Positions 9,671 through 18,542 of a DNA stretch of 55,936 bases are shown here, piece by piece. The DNA lies in the IMG/VR virus record IMGVR_UViG_3300033141_004453, positions 1 through 55,936 of that record. One strand, 5' to 3'. The position numbers and the translations under genes are program-made. Position 1 is the first letter of the stretch; every line of letters starts with the position of its first letter. Below the pieces are notes generated by a model that was given only the letters and a program-made list of their open reading frames with translations, had not been told where the DNA came from and did no database searches. This DNA is from a virus. Its lineage: Duplodnaviria; Caudoviricetes.

Positions 9671-10084
9671 TTAAATAAACCCCCAGTTTAGTTGTGCAGT
9701 TTCTGGATAATCCTTCTTAATATACTCCTTCACTCTTTTATCAATTCTCTTCAATCCCCTATTAACCGCCATCTGTGTTCTGATTGCTATATACCTCTTA
9801 CTTCTAACCCTAATCTTTCTTTTAATTGGAATCTTATAAGCCTTCAGAATCTTAAAACTAAACATTTCGGCCAAATACTCCTGCAAATACATAGGCCTAA
9901 CTTTTGAGAATAACTTATGCCCTATTTCGTGGAGTCCTACCTGTAATCTCTCAGCATTAATAGGTTTTGAAATATACGCCTTATTCTCTGACACTGAATA
10001 TCTTCCAGTATTTGACTTAAAAAAATACTCAAAATTAACTTTATTTTCTTTTGCAACTTTCTCAAAAATTTCTACATACTTCAT
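9671..10084 (-). CDS. HExxH zincin-like metallopeptidase domain protein
   Basis: LHEIGH followed by EYLAE. Confidence 0.6.
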   Translation of the reverse strand: MKYVEIFEKVAKENKVNFEYFFKSNTGRYSVSENKAYISKPINAERLQVGLHEIGHKLFSKVRPMYLQEYLAEMFSFKILKAYKIPIKRKIRVRSKRYIAIRTQMAVNRGLKRIDKRVKEYIKKDYPETAQLNWGFI

Positions 10085-10242
10085 TTTCTCTTAATCTCCA
10101 CTCTCAAAACATTTATTTCCTCCCTAATCTCACTCAAATGGTCCCAGAGTATATTAATCTCCTCTCTTAACTCCCTAAACCTTACATCTACTACTTCACT
10201 AATCACATGCCTTAATTGTCTCTCATTAATAATCTTACTCAT
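10081..10242 (-). CDS. small coiled-coil hypothetical protein (53 aa)
   Basis: MSKIINERQLRHVISEVV...; ATGA-type overlap with next gene; not in ORF track. Confidence 0.5.
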   Translation of the reverse strand: MSKIINERQLRHVISEVVDVRFRELREEINILWDHLSEIREEINVLRVEIKRK

Positions 10243-10534
10243 CTTCCTTTACCTCCTTTATAATATCTTCACATTTTCTACATACCCATTCTCCTTCTAC
10301 CATATCCAAATCTTCCTCATCAAACTCCCTCTTACAAATCCAACATTTCCTTTTCTCATTTTCCTCATTCACCACACCTTCCCAAAACATATCCCCTCTA
10401 TCTTTTATCACTCCTATAAACACCCTACACATCCTATCACTAATCTTATCAGGGTTAGTTAAAGCCTCTAATTCTTCTTTCGTTACTAACATTCCCAACA
10501 ACATCTTTCCTTTTTTCTTATCTTCCATTTTCAA
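10235..10534 (-). CDS. hypothetical protein with C-terminal zinc finger
   Basis: CWIC...CRKC. Confidence 0.6.
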   Translation of the reverse strand: MKMEDKKKGKMLLGMLVTKEELEALTNPDKISDRMCRVFIGVIKDRGDMFWEGVVNEENEKRKCWICKREFDEEDLDMVEGEWVCRKCEDIIKEVKEDE

Positions 10535-10773
10535 TCCTCATCAAACAACAAATCACAATCCACACACTCACAAACCCAACCTTCATAACCTACACTTCTT
10601 GTATAACATTTAGTTCCACATTTTGGGCAGATGTAACCCCAACCTTTCTCATCACTAAACCTCTCAAGAACATCTACCTCTCCATCACCACCTTCACTAA
10701 CACAAATAGGTGTTTCCAAATCTCTATTCACTTTCTTTACCATTTTCTCAAACTCACTTATTTTCTTTTGCAT
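10531..10773 (-). CDS. zinc-ribbon protein with N-terminal PIP-box-like motif
   Basis: MQKKISEF; CPKC...CVDC. Confidence 0.6.
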   Translation of the reverse strand: MQKKISEFEKMVKKVNRDLETPICVSEGGDGEVDVLERFSDEKGWGYICPKCGTKCYTRSVGYEGWVCECVDCDLLFDED

Positions 10774-10940
10774 TTTTACTTCCTTTCCTTTTTATTTAAT
10801 TAAATAATTAAAAAATCCTATATTTAAATAATTTATTATAATAAAACATATAGATTGTAAAATATATAATTAAATTATATAATTATATAATCCTCCCCTA
10901 CCTATATACTCTAACATATATGTTAAGCGACTAAAAAATC

Positions 10941-11046
10941 AATATATTACTTATATTACTTTTTACAATATATATATGATAAATATTTATACATATATTT
11001 TTAATATTTCTATATAGTATAAAAAAAGTAATATAAGTAATATATT
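10941..11046. repeat. 24-bp perfect inverted repeat (10941-10964 / 11023-11046) around an AT-rich spacer; candidate replication origin
   Basis: AATATATTACTTATATTACTTTTT and its exact reverse complement, inside the longest intergenic region. Confidence 0.7.
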
Positions 11047-11188
11047 TTACCTATGATTATTTAAATAAACCCCCCTTATTTTCCGGTTTTTTACACAAAA
11101 AAAATCAAGCAAAAAATCAACTTAAAAACCTCAAAAAAACAGGAGAAAATATAAATAAGTATTTAAATAAAATTAGTCAAATTTTCCA

Positions 11189-12484
11189 TCAAATATCAAA
11201 GAAATCAGGTTGGTTAAATTTCAAATTCACCCAATAACTAACACCTTTTTCATTCATCTCCCTCAAATACTCACAATGTTTCTTCAACTCCTTTCCAAAC
11301 TTCCATATCTCATAAAGAGGGGATTTATTATTAATCAAACAATACTCACCATACCTTTCAAATAACTCCGCCTTACTTATCTTCTCCCCAATCTTCTCCC
11401 TACAACAATCCCTTACAAATGCATAAACAGGATTTTCTTTCTTCATAATGTCCCTTATTTGCTTCCAATCTTTTTTATAACTAAACTTTCCATTCCTCAA
11501 TAACCTCTTTAAACCTACTAAACTCCAATTCAAAATGCCAGATTTTTCATCTTCATCATTCACAATCTCTCTCCATATCTCTTTTTTTGTGTGTGAACTA
11601 CCATCATCAAACCTATTATCAAACTCCAAAATAATCCATCTATCAAAATATGCCTCATCACTATCATCTACACTTATGTAGGGGATTTTATTGGCCGCAA
11701 AAGTTAGTTTTGCGAAATTCCTAAACTTAAAACTATTTCCAAATTTAATCTCTCCATCAATCAAACTATCTCCTGTAAGTTCCTTAAAAACATTCACATC
11801 ACTAATGGCTTTTTCACTTAACTCATCACTAATGTTTGCATATTTGTTGTATAGTGTTGCTACTTGCCATTTACCCTCTGCCAATCTCTGCAAACTCTTA
11901 TTTGCACAATTTTCTTCCCCAATAAACCCCATAAGTATGTTTATGAATTGAGTTTTTCCTGTGTTTTTTGGTCCTTTACATACCATCGCTTTTTTGATGG
12001 GATATCTCCTATAAAGGTTGTAGCCGAACCATTCTTGCGCCACCCGAATATCATCTTCATACAACACTTCATTTAAAAATATTAGGAATTTGGGACAATT
12101 CTTCTTCCTATCAAATGCTACATCAATCTTACTCATAAATCTCCAATCTTTCTTATGAGGAGTAAGTTTCAAATTCTTAATATCTAACACCCCATTTTTA
12201 ACACAAATCAAATTCACTGGACAATTCCATAATCTTTCTCTTTCAATATATGTTTTTCTTGCTATTTTATTAACTACTTCATTAACAAAATGTGTAGAAC
12301 AAAATTCACCCATATGTTTTTCTGCCTCAATTTTAATAATCTCCTTCCCCTTTTCTTCATAAACCCCATCTAAATAAACATACATTTCATCTTTCTTTTC
12401 ACCATGAATTGTTTTAAAATTATATTTTGTGATTAGTTTATCAGCAAATTTCTGAACAATCTCACTCCAATTTTTCTTTTCCAT
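11189..12484 (-). CDS. D5/P4-type superfamily 3 helicase (no primase domain)
   Basis: NGVLD D5_N motif, Walker A GPKNTGKT, NISDE, FKELTGD, FAANKIP. Confidence 0.9.
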   Translation of the reverse strand: MEKKNWSEIVQKFADKLITKYNFKTIHGEKKDEMYVYLDGVYEEKGKEIIKIEAEKHMGEFCSTHFVNEVVNKIARKTYIERERLWNCPVNLICVKNGVLDIKNLKLTPHKKDWRFMSKIDVAFDRKKNCPKFLIFLNEVLYEDDIRVAQEWFGYNLYRRYPIKKAMVCKGPKNTGKTQFINILMGFIGEENCANKSLQRLAEGKWQVATLYNKYANISDELSEKAISDVNVFKELTGDSLIDGEIKFGNSFKFRNFAKLTFAANKIPYISVDDSDEAYFDRWIILEFDNRFDDGSSHTKKEIWREIVNDEDEKSGILNWSLVGLKRLLRNGKFSYKKDWKQIRDIMKKENPVYAFVRDCCREKIGEKISKAELFERYGEYCLINNKSPLYEIWKFGKELKKHCEYLREMNEKGVSYWVNLKFNQPDFFDI

Positions 12485-12605
12485 ATGCCTCTTTATAAAA
12501 TAGATTTTAAATTGAAATTATATTAAGTATATAAATATTTATTTAATTAAAACATATATATCAAACAATATAAATATTTAAATATTTAAGGTATTTTTAT
12601 GCAAT

Positions 12606-12824
12606 ATGGTTGAAAAAAAGAGAACAAAAATAGTTAGTGTTGGAACAGGTCATTACCTTCTCATCCCGAAAAAATATGTAGATGTTTATGAAATGATGGA
12701 TTTTATGGAAGATTATGAATATGAGGTAGATGTTAAGGATGAAGGAGCTTTAATAATTTATAGGAGAGTAAGAAAACCAACAAATGATAGTGGTGATAAA
12801 AAAGAGGAAGATGATAATAAATAA
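12606..12824 (+). CDS. AbrB/SpoVT-like swapped-hairpin regulator
   Basis: KIVSVGTGHYLLIPKKY pattern; first gene after the divergent promoter region. Confidence 0.6.
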   Translation: MVEKKRTKIVSVGTGHYLLIPKKYVDVYEMMDFMEDYEYEVDVKDEGALIIYRRVRKPTNDSGDKKEEDDNK

Positions 12825-12857
12825 TATCATTCAAAATAATGAAAGGAGGTATGGTAA

Positions 12858-13982
12858 ATGATTGATATTGAGAGTTATATAAATAAATATTCAGAAAAAT
12901 TAGGGTTTAGTGTAGATGAGGTTAGAAAGGATTATGAAGAATTGTTAACAGAGGAAAAGGAAATCCACACAACTTTAACAGAGGAAGAACAAAAGACAAG
13001 GGCATTACAAAGATTGTCAGTGAAGTATAAGAGATTGTTAAGAAGTCCTGCAATTGGATTTGAAGGTATAGTTATGGGATTAGGTGATGTTGTGGATACT
13101 GTGGCAAGAATTAGAGAAAATGCCATAAAAATGTTTAAAGAAAATCCACAACAAGCAATTGCCAATGGATTAACAGATGATGAAGGAAATCCTTTAGACA
13201 CACGAGAAACATTTTCATCAGGAAAACCAAATCCATCTTATGGAAAACCATTGCCAGAACACAATTACTTACGAAATATTTTTGGTGTTTGCAATAGAAT
13301 AGGAGAGTCAGAACCTAAATTCTTTACAATGACCATCAATGGTGAAGTGGCTAAAACCAAAGATATTCCTTTATTCACTCCAGTTAAGTTTAGAGCAAAT
13401 GATAAGAGTGAGGAATCAAGTTCAACTTTCACATTAACACACTCAGTATTTACAAAATTTGAGAAAAGTGATATAAATCTTCCCAGTATAAGAGAGATTG
13501 TAAGTAAGTTTATAGGAATAACTAACCTTGCAGATTTACAACAATACCACACACAACACAAAGATGATTATAATAGAATAGTAGCTATAGAAGGTGATGT
13601 AAGTATGTTATTTCTAGAGCCAACAGCCACAGGAAGTAGAAGAATGATTATAGAAGATGGAAGTAAGTTATTAGAGGATTTAGAATCTCCTGGTATAACA
13701 TGTTGGATTCCAGCAGAAATGGATATTGATTTTTCTGAAGGAAGTAAGGTTATTGTTGTCGGGAGAACAACTCAAGGACTAAAGAGAGATGATAATGGAC
13801 AACAAACAGAAGAATTGGGGGATGTTATGTTGAATGTTTATGGAATCTACTGTTATCCTGAGTTCAAAATTAATCCTCCTATTAAAGAGATAACACAAGA
13901 AAATATTCCAGAAAATGTTGTGGAAGAAACTCCAAAAGTAGATACACCACAAGAAACTAAACCAGAAAAAGATAGTTGGTAA
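12858..13982 (+). CDS. probable single-stranded DNA-binding (RPA/OB-fold-like) protein
   Basis: 374 aa; OB-like C-terminal strands (GSKVIVVGRT); acidic tail ending in W; replication context. Confidence 0.5.
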   Translation: MIDIESYINKYSEKLGFSVDEVRKDYEELLTEEKEIHTTLTEEEQKTRALQRLSVKYKRLLRSPAIGFEGIVMGLGDVVDTVARIRENAIKMFKENPQQAIANGLTDDEGNPLDTRETFSSGKPNPSYGKPLPEHNYLRNIFGVCNRIGESEPKFFTMTINGEVAKTKDIPLFTPVKFRANDKSEESSSTFTLTHSVFTKFEKSDINLPSIREIVSKFIGITNLADLQQYHTQHKDDYNRIVAIEGDVSMLFLEPTATGSRRMIIEDGSKLLEDLESPGITCWIPAEMDIDFSEGSKVIVVGRTTQGLKRDDNGQQTEELGDVMLNVYGIYCYPEFKINPPIKEITQENIPENVVEETPKVDTPQETKPEKDSW

Positions 13983-13983
13983 A

Positions 13984-14766
13984 ATGAGTTGGGATGATTT
14001 AAAATCAAATAGCACAAAAAAACAAATAGTTGAACAAGTAGAAGATGTAAATATTGATTTTAAATCACTTCAAGAAATAGAGAAAAAACGAGGATACAAA
14101 ATAGGAATTTATGGAGATTTTGCCACAGGAAAAACTCATTTTGCACTAACTGCACCCGAACCTATTTTTATTATTGATACAGAAATGGGGGCAGCCCCCC
14201 TTTCTTTTAATTTTTTAAACAAGGATATTAAGGTATTAGATGTAGCAGAAAAAGATGGAGTGGAGAGTTATAAAAAAGTTGTAAAAGCAATTGAATTCAT
14301 AAGTGAGCAAGAGAAGATAGGAAGTGTGGTGATTGATAGTGTTAGTGATGTATGGGAATTTTGTCAGGAGTATGCAAAGGTAAAAATTTTCAATCTAAAA
14401 CCTTTAGATAGATTGAAACAACAATGGGATTGGGGTGTAATCAACAAATTATACTTGAAAATAATTTTAAAATTGTTGAAGTTAGATTGTAATTTGATTT
14501 TAACTGCAAGAGAGAATGAAATATATGCTAGTCCAGGACAACCTACAAATATGGTTAAACCAAAATGGCAAAAGAATACAGGTTTTTGGGTTGATTTTGT
14601 ATTGCATATGGGTAAAAGTCTAAACAAAAACAATGATGTAAACTTTTATATGGATATAGAGAAATCAAGACCCATAAGGAACATGATGGGAAAGAGATAT
14701 GAAAATATTGATTTTAATAAATTAATTGAAGAAATTGAAAAAAATAAAAATGATATTAAAAACTGA
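13984..14766 (+). CDS. AAA_24/Sak4-like P-loop ATPase (recombination)
   Basis: GDFATGKT, IIDTEMG, VVIDSVS, LILTARE. Confidence 0.8.
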   Translation: MSWDDLKSNSTKKQIVEQVEDVNIDFKSLQEIEKKRGYKIGIYGDFATGKTHFALTAPEPIFIIDTEMGAAPLSFNFLNKDIKVLDVAEKDGVESYKKVVKAIEFISEQEKIGSVVIDSVSDVWEFCQEYAKVKIFNLKPLDRLKQQWDWGVINKLYLKIILKLLKLDCNLILTARENEIYASPGQPTNMVKPKWQKNTGFWVDFVLHMGKSLNKNNDVNFYMDIEKSRPIRNMMGKRYENIDFNKLIEEIEKNKNDIKN

Positions 14767-15181
14767 GATTGAATTTGATGCTGCACATAGATTAGTTGGT
14801 TACCAAGGAAAGTGCTCACAACTTCATGGTCATAGATGGAAAGTAGAAATAAAGGTTTATGGAAATGATGAAGACCTTGATGATATAGGAATTATGTGGG
14901 ATTTTACAAATAGGAAGTATATAAAAGATATGTTTGACCATAAAGTCATACTTTCTAATCATCCTGATAATTTAGAATTGATTGAGGGAATTAAAAAGAT
15001 ATGTGGTAAGGATAGTGTTTGTATTATGGAACAGAACCCCACTGCTGAAAATTTATGCATTAAAATTTTGGAAGAATTAGTAGAAGGGAATAATAAATTA
15101 TTTTATAAAGTAAAAGTTTATGAGTCACCTGTTTCATATTGTGAAATAGATAATTTTGGTGGTATTGAAAATGAAGATTAA
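14750..15181 (+). CDS. queD: 6-carboxy-5,6,7,8-tetrahydropterin synthase
   Basis: FDAAHRL...C..LHGH.W, DF, FDH, NPTAENL, VYES. Confidence 0.93.
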   Translation: MILKTEIEFDAAHRLVGYQGKCSQLHGHRWKVEIKVYGNDEDLDDIGIMWDFTNRKYIKDMFDHKVILSNHPDNLELIEGIKKICGKDSVCIMEQNPTAENLCIKILEELVEGNNKLFYKVKVYESPVSYCEIDNFGGIENED

Positions 15182-15830
15182 TGAAATATTTAGAAGTATT
15201 CAAGGAGAAAGTAGTTATGTTGGACTACCTTGTATATTCATAAGACTAACTGGTTGTAATTTGAGATGTAAGTATTGTGATACAACTTACGCCTATAATG
15301 AAGGGAAAGAGACGAGTGTGATAAAAATAGTAGAAGAAGTGACGAAGTTGTATAGAGAGGGAGATATTATTGAGATTACTGGTGGTGAACCACTACTCCA
15401 AAAAGAAGAGTTAAAAAATTTAATAGATGAGTTAGCATTAATATCTTCTACAATTTTAATTGAGACAAATGGAAGTATTGTGCTTCCAAAGAATGAAAGT
15501 TCAGATAACACGTGGGATTATGTAACCTGGATTATGGACTGGAAATTGGGTTCAAGTGAAGAGAGTGAAAAGATGGAAAGTATTAATTTAGATAGATTAA
15601 ATACAACTGATGAATTAAAGTTTGTGATTGGAAATAGTAGAGATTATGATGAGATGATAAGAGTATTAAAAAAATATAGACCTAATTGCAAGATTTTGGT
15701 ATCTACAGTTTGGGATAATGAAAATTTAAGGAAGGAAGTTGTGAGTAGGATGTTAAAGGATAATTTAAAGGCAAGATTTCAAGTTCAACTACATAAAATA
15801 GTTTGGGATAAAAATAAGAGGGGAGTATGA
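15171..15830 (+). CDS. queE: 7-carboxy-7-deazaguanine synthase (radical SAM)
   Basis: EIF.SIQGE, IRLTGCNLRCKYCDT, TGGEP, IETNG, QLHK. Confidence 0.93.
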   Translation: MKINEIFRSIQGESSYVGLPCIFIRLTGCNLRCKYCDTTYAYNEGKETSVIKIVEEVTKLYREGDIIEITGGEPLLQKEELKNLIDELALISSTILIETNGSIVLPKNESSDNTWDYVTWIMDWKLGSSEESEKMESINLDRLNTTDELKFVIGNSRDYDEMIRVLKKYRPNCKILVSTVWDNENLRKEVVSRMLKDNLKARFQVQLHKIVWDKNKRGV

Positions 15831-16228
15831 AAAAAGAAAAAATTAGTTGGGAGAAATTTAATGAAGGAATAAACATATTAACAAAAAAAATTAAAAAATC
15901 AAAATTCAAAGCAAATGTAATTTTGGCTTTACCAAGAGGTGGCTTACCTATTGCAACTGCTCTTGCTCACAAACTAGGAATAGAGAGGATTGAAATTAAT
16001 GTAGAAGTATTAGATAACTCTGCAATATTTGATAAAACAATCAATACATCAAATGTTTTAATTGTTGATGATGTAAGTGATACAGGAACTACTATTTTAA
16101 AAAATTATCCTTCAAAACATGTATGTAAGATAGCAACACTACACTACAAACCAACATCAAGAGTTAGACCTGATTTTTTTGCTTACATAACAAATAATTG
16201 GATTCAATATCCTTGGGAGGTAAAATGA
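15827..16228 (+). CDS. type I purine phosphoribosyltransferase (Gpt/HGPRT-like)
   Basis: PRGG, LIVDDVSDTGTT PRPP loop, WIQYPWE. Confidence 0.88.
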   Translation: MKKEKISWEKFNEGINILTKKIKKSKFKANVILALPRGGLPIATALAHKLGIERIEINVEVLDNSAIFDKTINTSNVLIVDDVSDTGTTILKNYPSKHVCKIATLHYKPTSRVRPDFFAYITNNWIQYPWEVK

Positions 16229-16938
16229 TTAAGATAGCAAGCAAATTGCCACAATTCAAATTACTTATGAATATAATAAAAGATGTAAATACAGAAACAG
16301 ATTTTATTTTTTCAGCTAATGAACTACTTGTAAAAGTTATCAATTCTAGTTCTACTTCTATTGTTAGTGTTGTTTTGAATAAAAGTGGATTTGAAATTTA
16401 TCAAGTTGAGGAAGAACAAATTTTTACATTAAATACTGAATTAGTTTGTAAGATTTTAAGTAAGTTTGATAAAGAAGTTTGTATTGATTTTGAAGATGAG
16501 TGTATTAAATTTTATAATGGAAGGAAAGAGTATATGTTGAATTATTTTGTTGGAAAGAAAGATGAAAGACCATTACCTACAATTGACTACCAATCAAAAT
16601 GGATTGTAAAAAGTCAAGAATTAATTGATAAATTAAAAAGAATGAGTGATTTTGGTTATCTATGTTGTTTGGAGTATAAAGAAGGTAGATTTCTAATTAA
16701 GATAAAGTCAGATATAGTTAAGGGACAAGAAGAGTTTACAAATTGTAACAAAATAGAGAGTAGAGATGTTGCTGGATGGTATGATTTGAGTTATTTTGAA
16801 TGTTTATTTGGTTTATCAGATATCTTTGAAGAAGTAAAGTTAGGATTTGGTGATGAACAACCTTGTATTATCAAAAATAAAAATAGTTGGTTGGATTTTT
16901 GTTGGTTATTAGCACCAAGAGTGAGGGAAGATGAATGA
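16225..16938 (+). CDS. pcn: PCNA sliding clamp
   Basis: about 237 aa; PCNA-like pattern (F..Y.V.E, LCKIL-like helix, YDL.Y, C-terminal LLAPRV). Confidence 0.88.
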   Translation: MIKIASKLPQFKLLMNIIKDVNTETDFIFSANELLVKVINSSSTSIVSVVLNKSGFEIYQVEEEQIFTLNTELVCKILSKFDKEVCIDFEDECIKFYNGRKEYMLNYFVGKKDERPLPTIDYQSKWIVKSQELIDKLKRMSDFGYLCCLEYKEGRFLIKIKSDIVKGQEEFTNCNKIESRDVAGWYDLSYFECLFGLSDIFEEVKLGFGDEQPCIIKNKNSWLDFCWLLAPRVREDE

Positions 16939-17515
16939 CAAAAAAATAGAAAGTTTATGGAAAGAGATTTTAGAGTTAATTGGAGAAGATACAGAAAGAG
17001 AAGGAATAAAAGCAACTCCAAAAAGAATAGCAAGAATGTATAAAAATATTTTTTATGGATACAATAAAAAATTAGTTGTTATGAATGAAGAAGAAAGAAG
17101 TAAGAATAATGAGAAAGATATTATTCCAATCACAATATTCAAGAATGAAAATAAAGAGATGCTTATAAGAGATACTGTATTTACATCATTTTGTGAGCAT
17201 CACATTGTTCCGTTCTCAGGAAAAGCCTGGGTAGGAATAATACCAGATAAAAAATTGTTAGGTATGAATAAAATAGATAAGATTGTAAAATATTTTGCAG
17301 CAAGATTACAAATACAAGAAAGAATGACACAACAAATTGCAGACTGGATTTGGGAGAATATTGAACCATTAGGAATTATTGTTATTATTAGAGCAGACCA
17401 TTTCTGCGCAAGGTTACAGAATGACAATGGATGGTTTACTACCTCTGCTATAAAAGGAGTATTTAAGAAAAATGAACCAAAAAACGAATTTTTAAAATTA
17501 ATGGAGTTAAAATGA
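16931..17515 (+). CDS. folE: GTP cyclohydrolase I
   Basis: REG...TPKR.A, SFCEHH..PF.G, RLQIQER.T, HFC, TTS. Confidence 0.93.
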   Translation: MNDKKIESLWKEILELIGEDTEREGIKATPKRIARMYKNIFYGYNKKLVVMNEEERSKNNEKDIIPITIFKNENKEMLIRDTVFTSFCEHHIVPFSGKAWVGIIPDKKLLGMNKIDKIVKYFAARLQIQERMTQQIADWIWENIEPLGIIVIIRADHFCARLQNDNGWFTTSAIKGVFKKNEPKNEFLKLMELK

Positions 17516-17859
17516 ATATGATATGGATAACAACAAGTTTTGAAGGATTTCATAAATATCCAAATGCGCCAAAAGAAGTTGAGTTCTTAAAAAATAAACA
17601 CAGACATATTTTCTACATAAAGGTCTGGATAGAAGTATTTCATAATGATAGAGATATAGAATTTATTTTGTTTAAAAGATTTGTTGATACAATTATAAAA
17701 GATAGTAATTTTGATTTTGAGAGTTGTGAGATGATTAGTGATGATTTATATACCCTAATAAATGAAAAATATCCAAACAGAGAAATTTGGATTGAAGTTA
17801 GTGAAGATAAAGAAAACGGTTCATTTAAAAAATATGTGAAAGGAGGTGATATGAAATGA
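17512..17859 (+). CDS. second QueD-like T-fold protein, resembling DpdL (proposed CDG decarboxylase)
   Basis: FEGFH.YP.AP, LKNKHRHIF (LxxxHRHxF), SCEM, VSED.ENG. Confidence 0.7.
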   Translation: MNMIWITTSFEGFHKYPNAPKEVEFLKNKHRHIFYIKVWIEVFHNDRDIEFILFKRFVDTIIKDSNFDFESCEMISDDLYTLINEKYPNREIWIEVSEDKENGSFKKYVKGGDMK

Positions 17860-18089
17860 AAAATCCATGTAAAAAAGGAAGTAGAGCATTTGATATTTTT
17901 GAAAGTTTAATGACAGAAAAAACAATTCCTGAAGTGATAGATGAAATAGTAATGAAAAGAGAAACAGAAAAAAGAAGTAATATAGTTAATCAAGTAAATA
18001 CAATAATCAGAGAGCTTAAAAAAGGTAGATGGGAAGGATTAACATTAACTGAAAACAATGGCAGATATAAAATAACTGAGGTCAATTGA
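17856..18089 (+). CDS. small putative winged-helix protein
   Basis: 77 aa; helix-helix-helix plus beta hairpin pattern; strong SD. Confidence 0.45.
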   Translation: MKNPCKKGSRAFDIFESLMTEKTIPEVIDEIVMKRETEKRSNIVNQVNTIIRELKKGRWEGLTLTENNGRYKITEVN

Positions 18090-18542
18090 ATGAAGTTAAC
18101 AAAGAGAGTTTGTAAATCATCAAATTTTTGGATTGGAAGAGAAGTAGAAGGTAGATTTAAAGGGCTAAGAACATTGTTTGTTAAAGGTAATCAAAATACA
18201 GACCAAATCAAAAATTTGATAGCTCAAGAATCTCCAAATATGTTATATTTTGGTGCAGGTAATCAAAGTAAAGTAACAGATTTTAATGTAATAAGAAATT
18301 TTTTAGAGAAACTACCTGTAACTTTGGAGATTTCAGAAAAAAGATTAAAGACACTTCCAGAAAATATTATTAAACATAAGAACTTACATTTAGTTATCAC
18401 ATTTAAAAATAAATATTTAACAAAATTAAAACCTACTGATAGTATTAAAGTAGAAGATAATAGTAGTGTTTATGTATCAACTTTAGAATGTATGTATAAA
18501 ACAAATAAAAAAACAGATTATAAGGAGGATAAAGAAATATGA
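18090..18542 (+). CDS. conserved-looking hypothetical protein in the deazaguanine cluster
   Basis: G.EVEG...G..TLFV and LYFGAG motifs; function unknown. Confidence 0.55.
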   Translation: MKLTKRVCKSSNFWIGREVEGRFKGLRTLFVKGNQNTDQIKNLIAQESPNMLYFGAGNQSKVTDFNVIRNFLEKLPVTLEISEKRLKTLPENIIKHKNLHLVITFKNKYLTKLKPTDSIKVEDNSSVYVSTLECMYKTNKKTDYKEDKEI

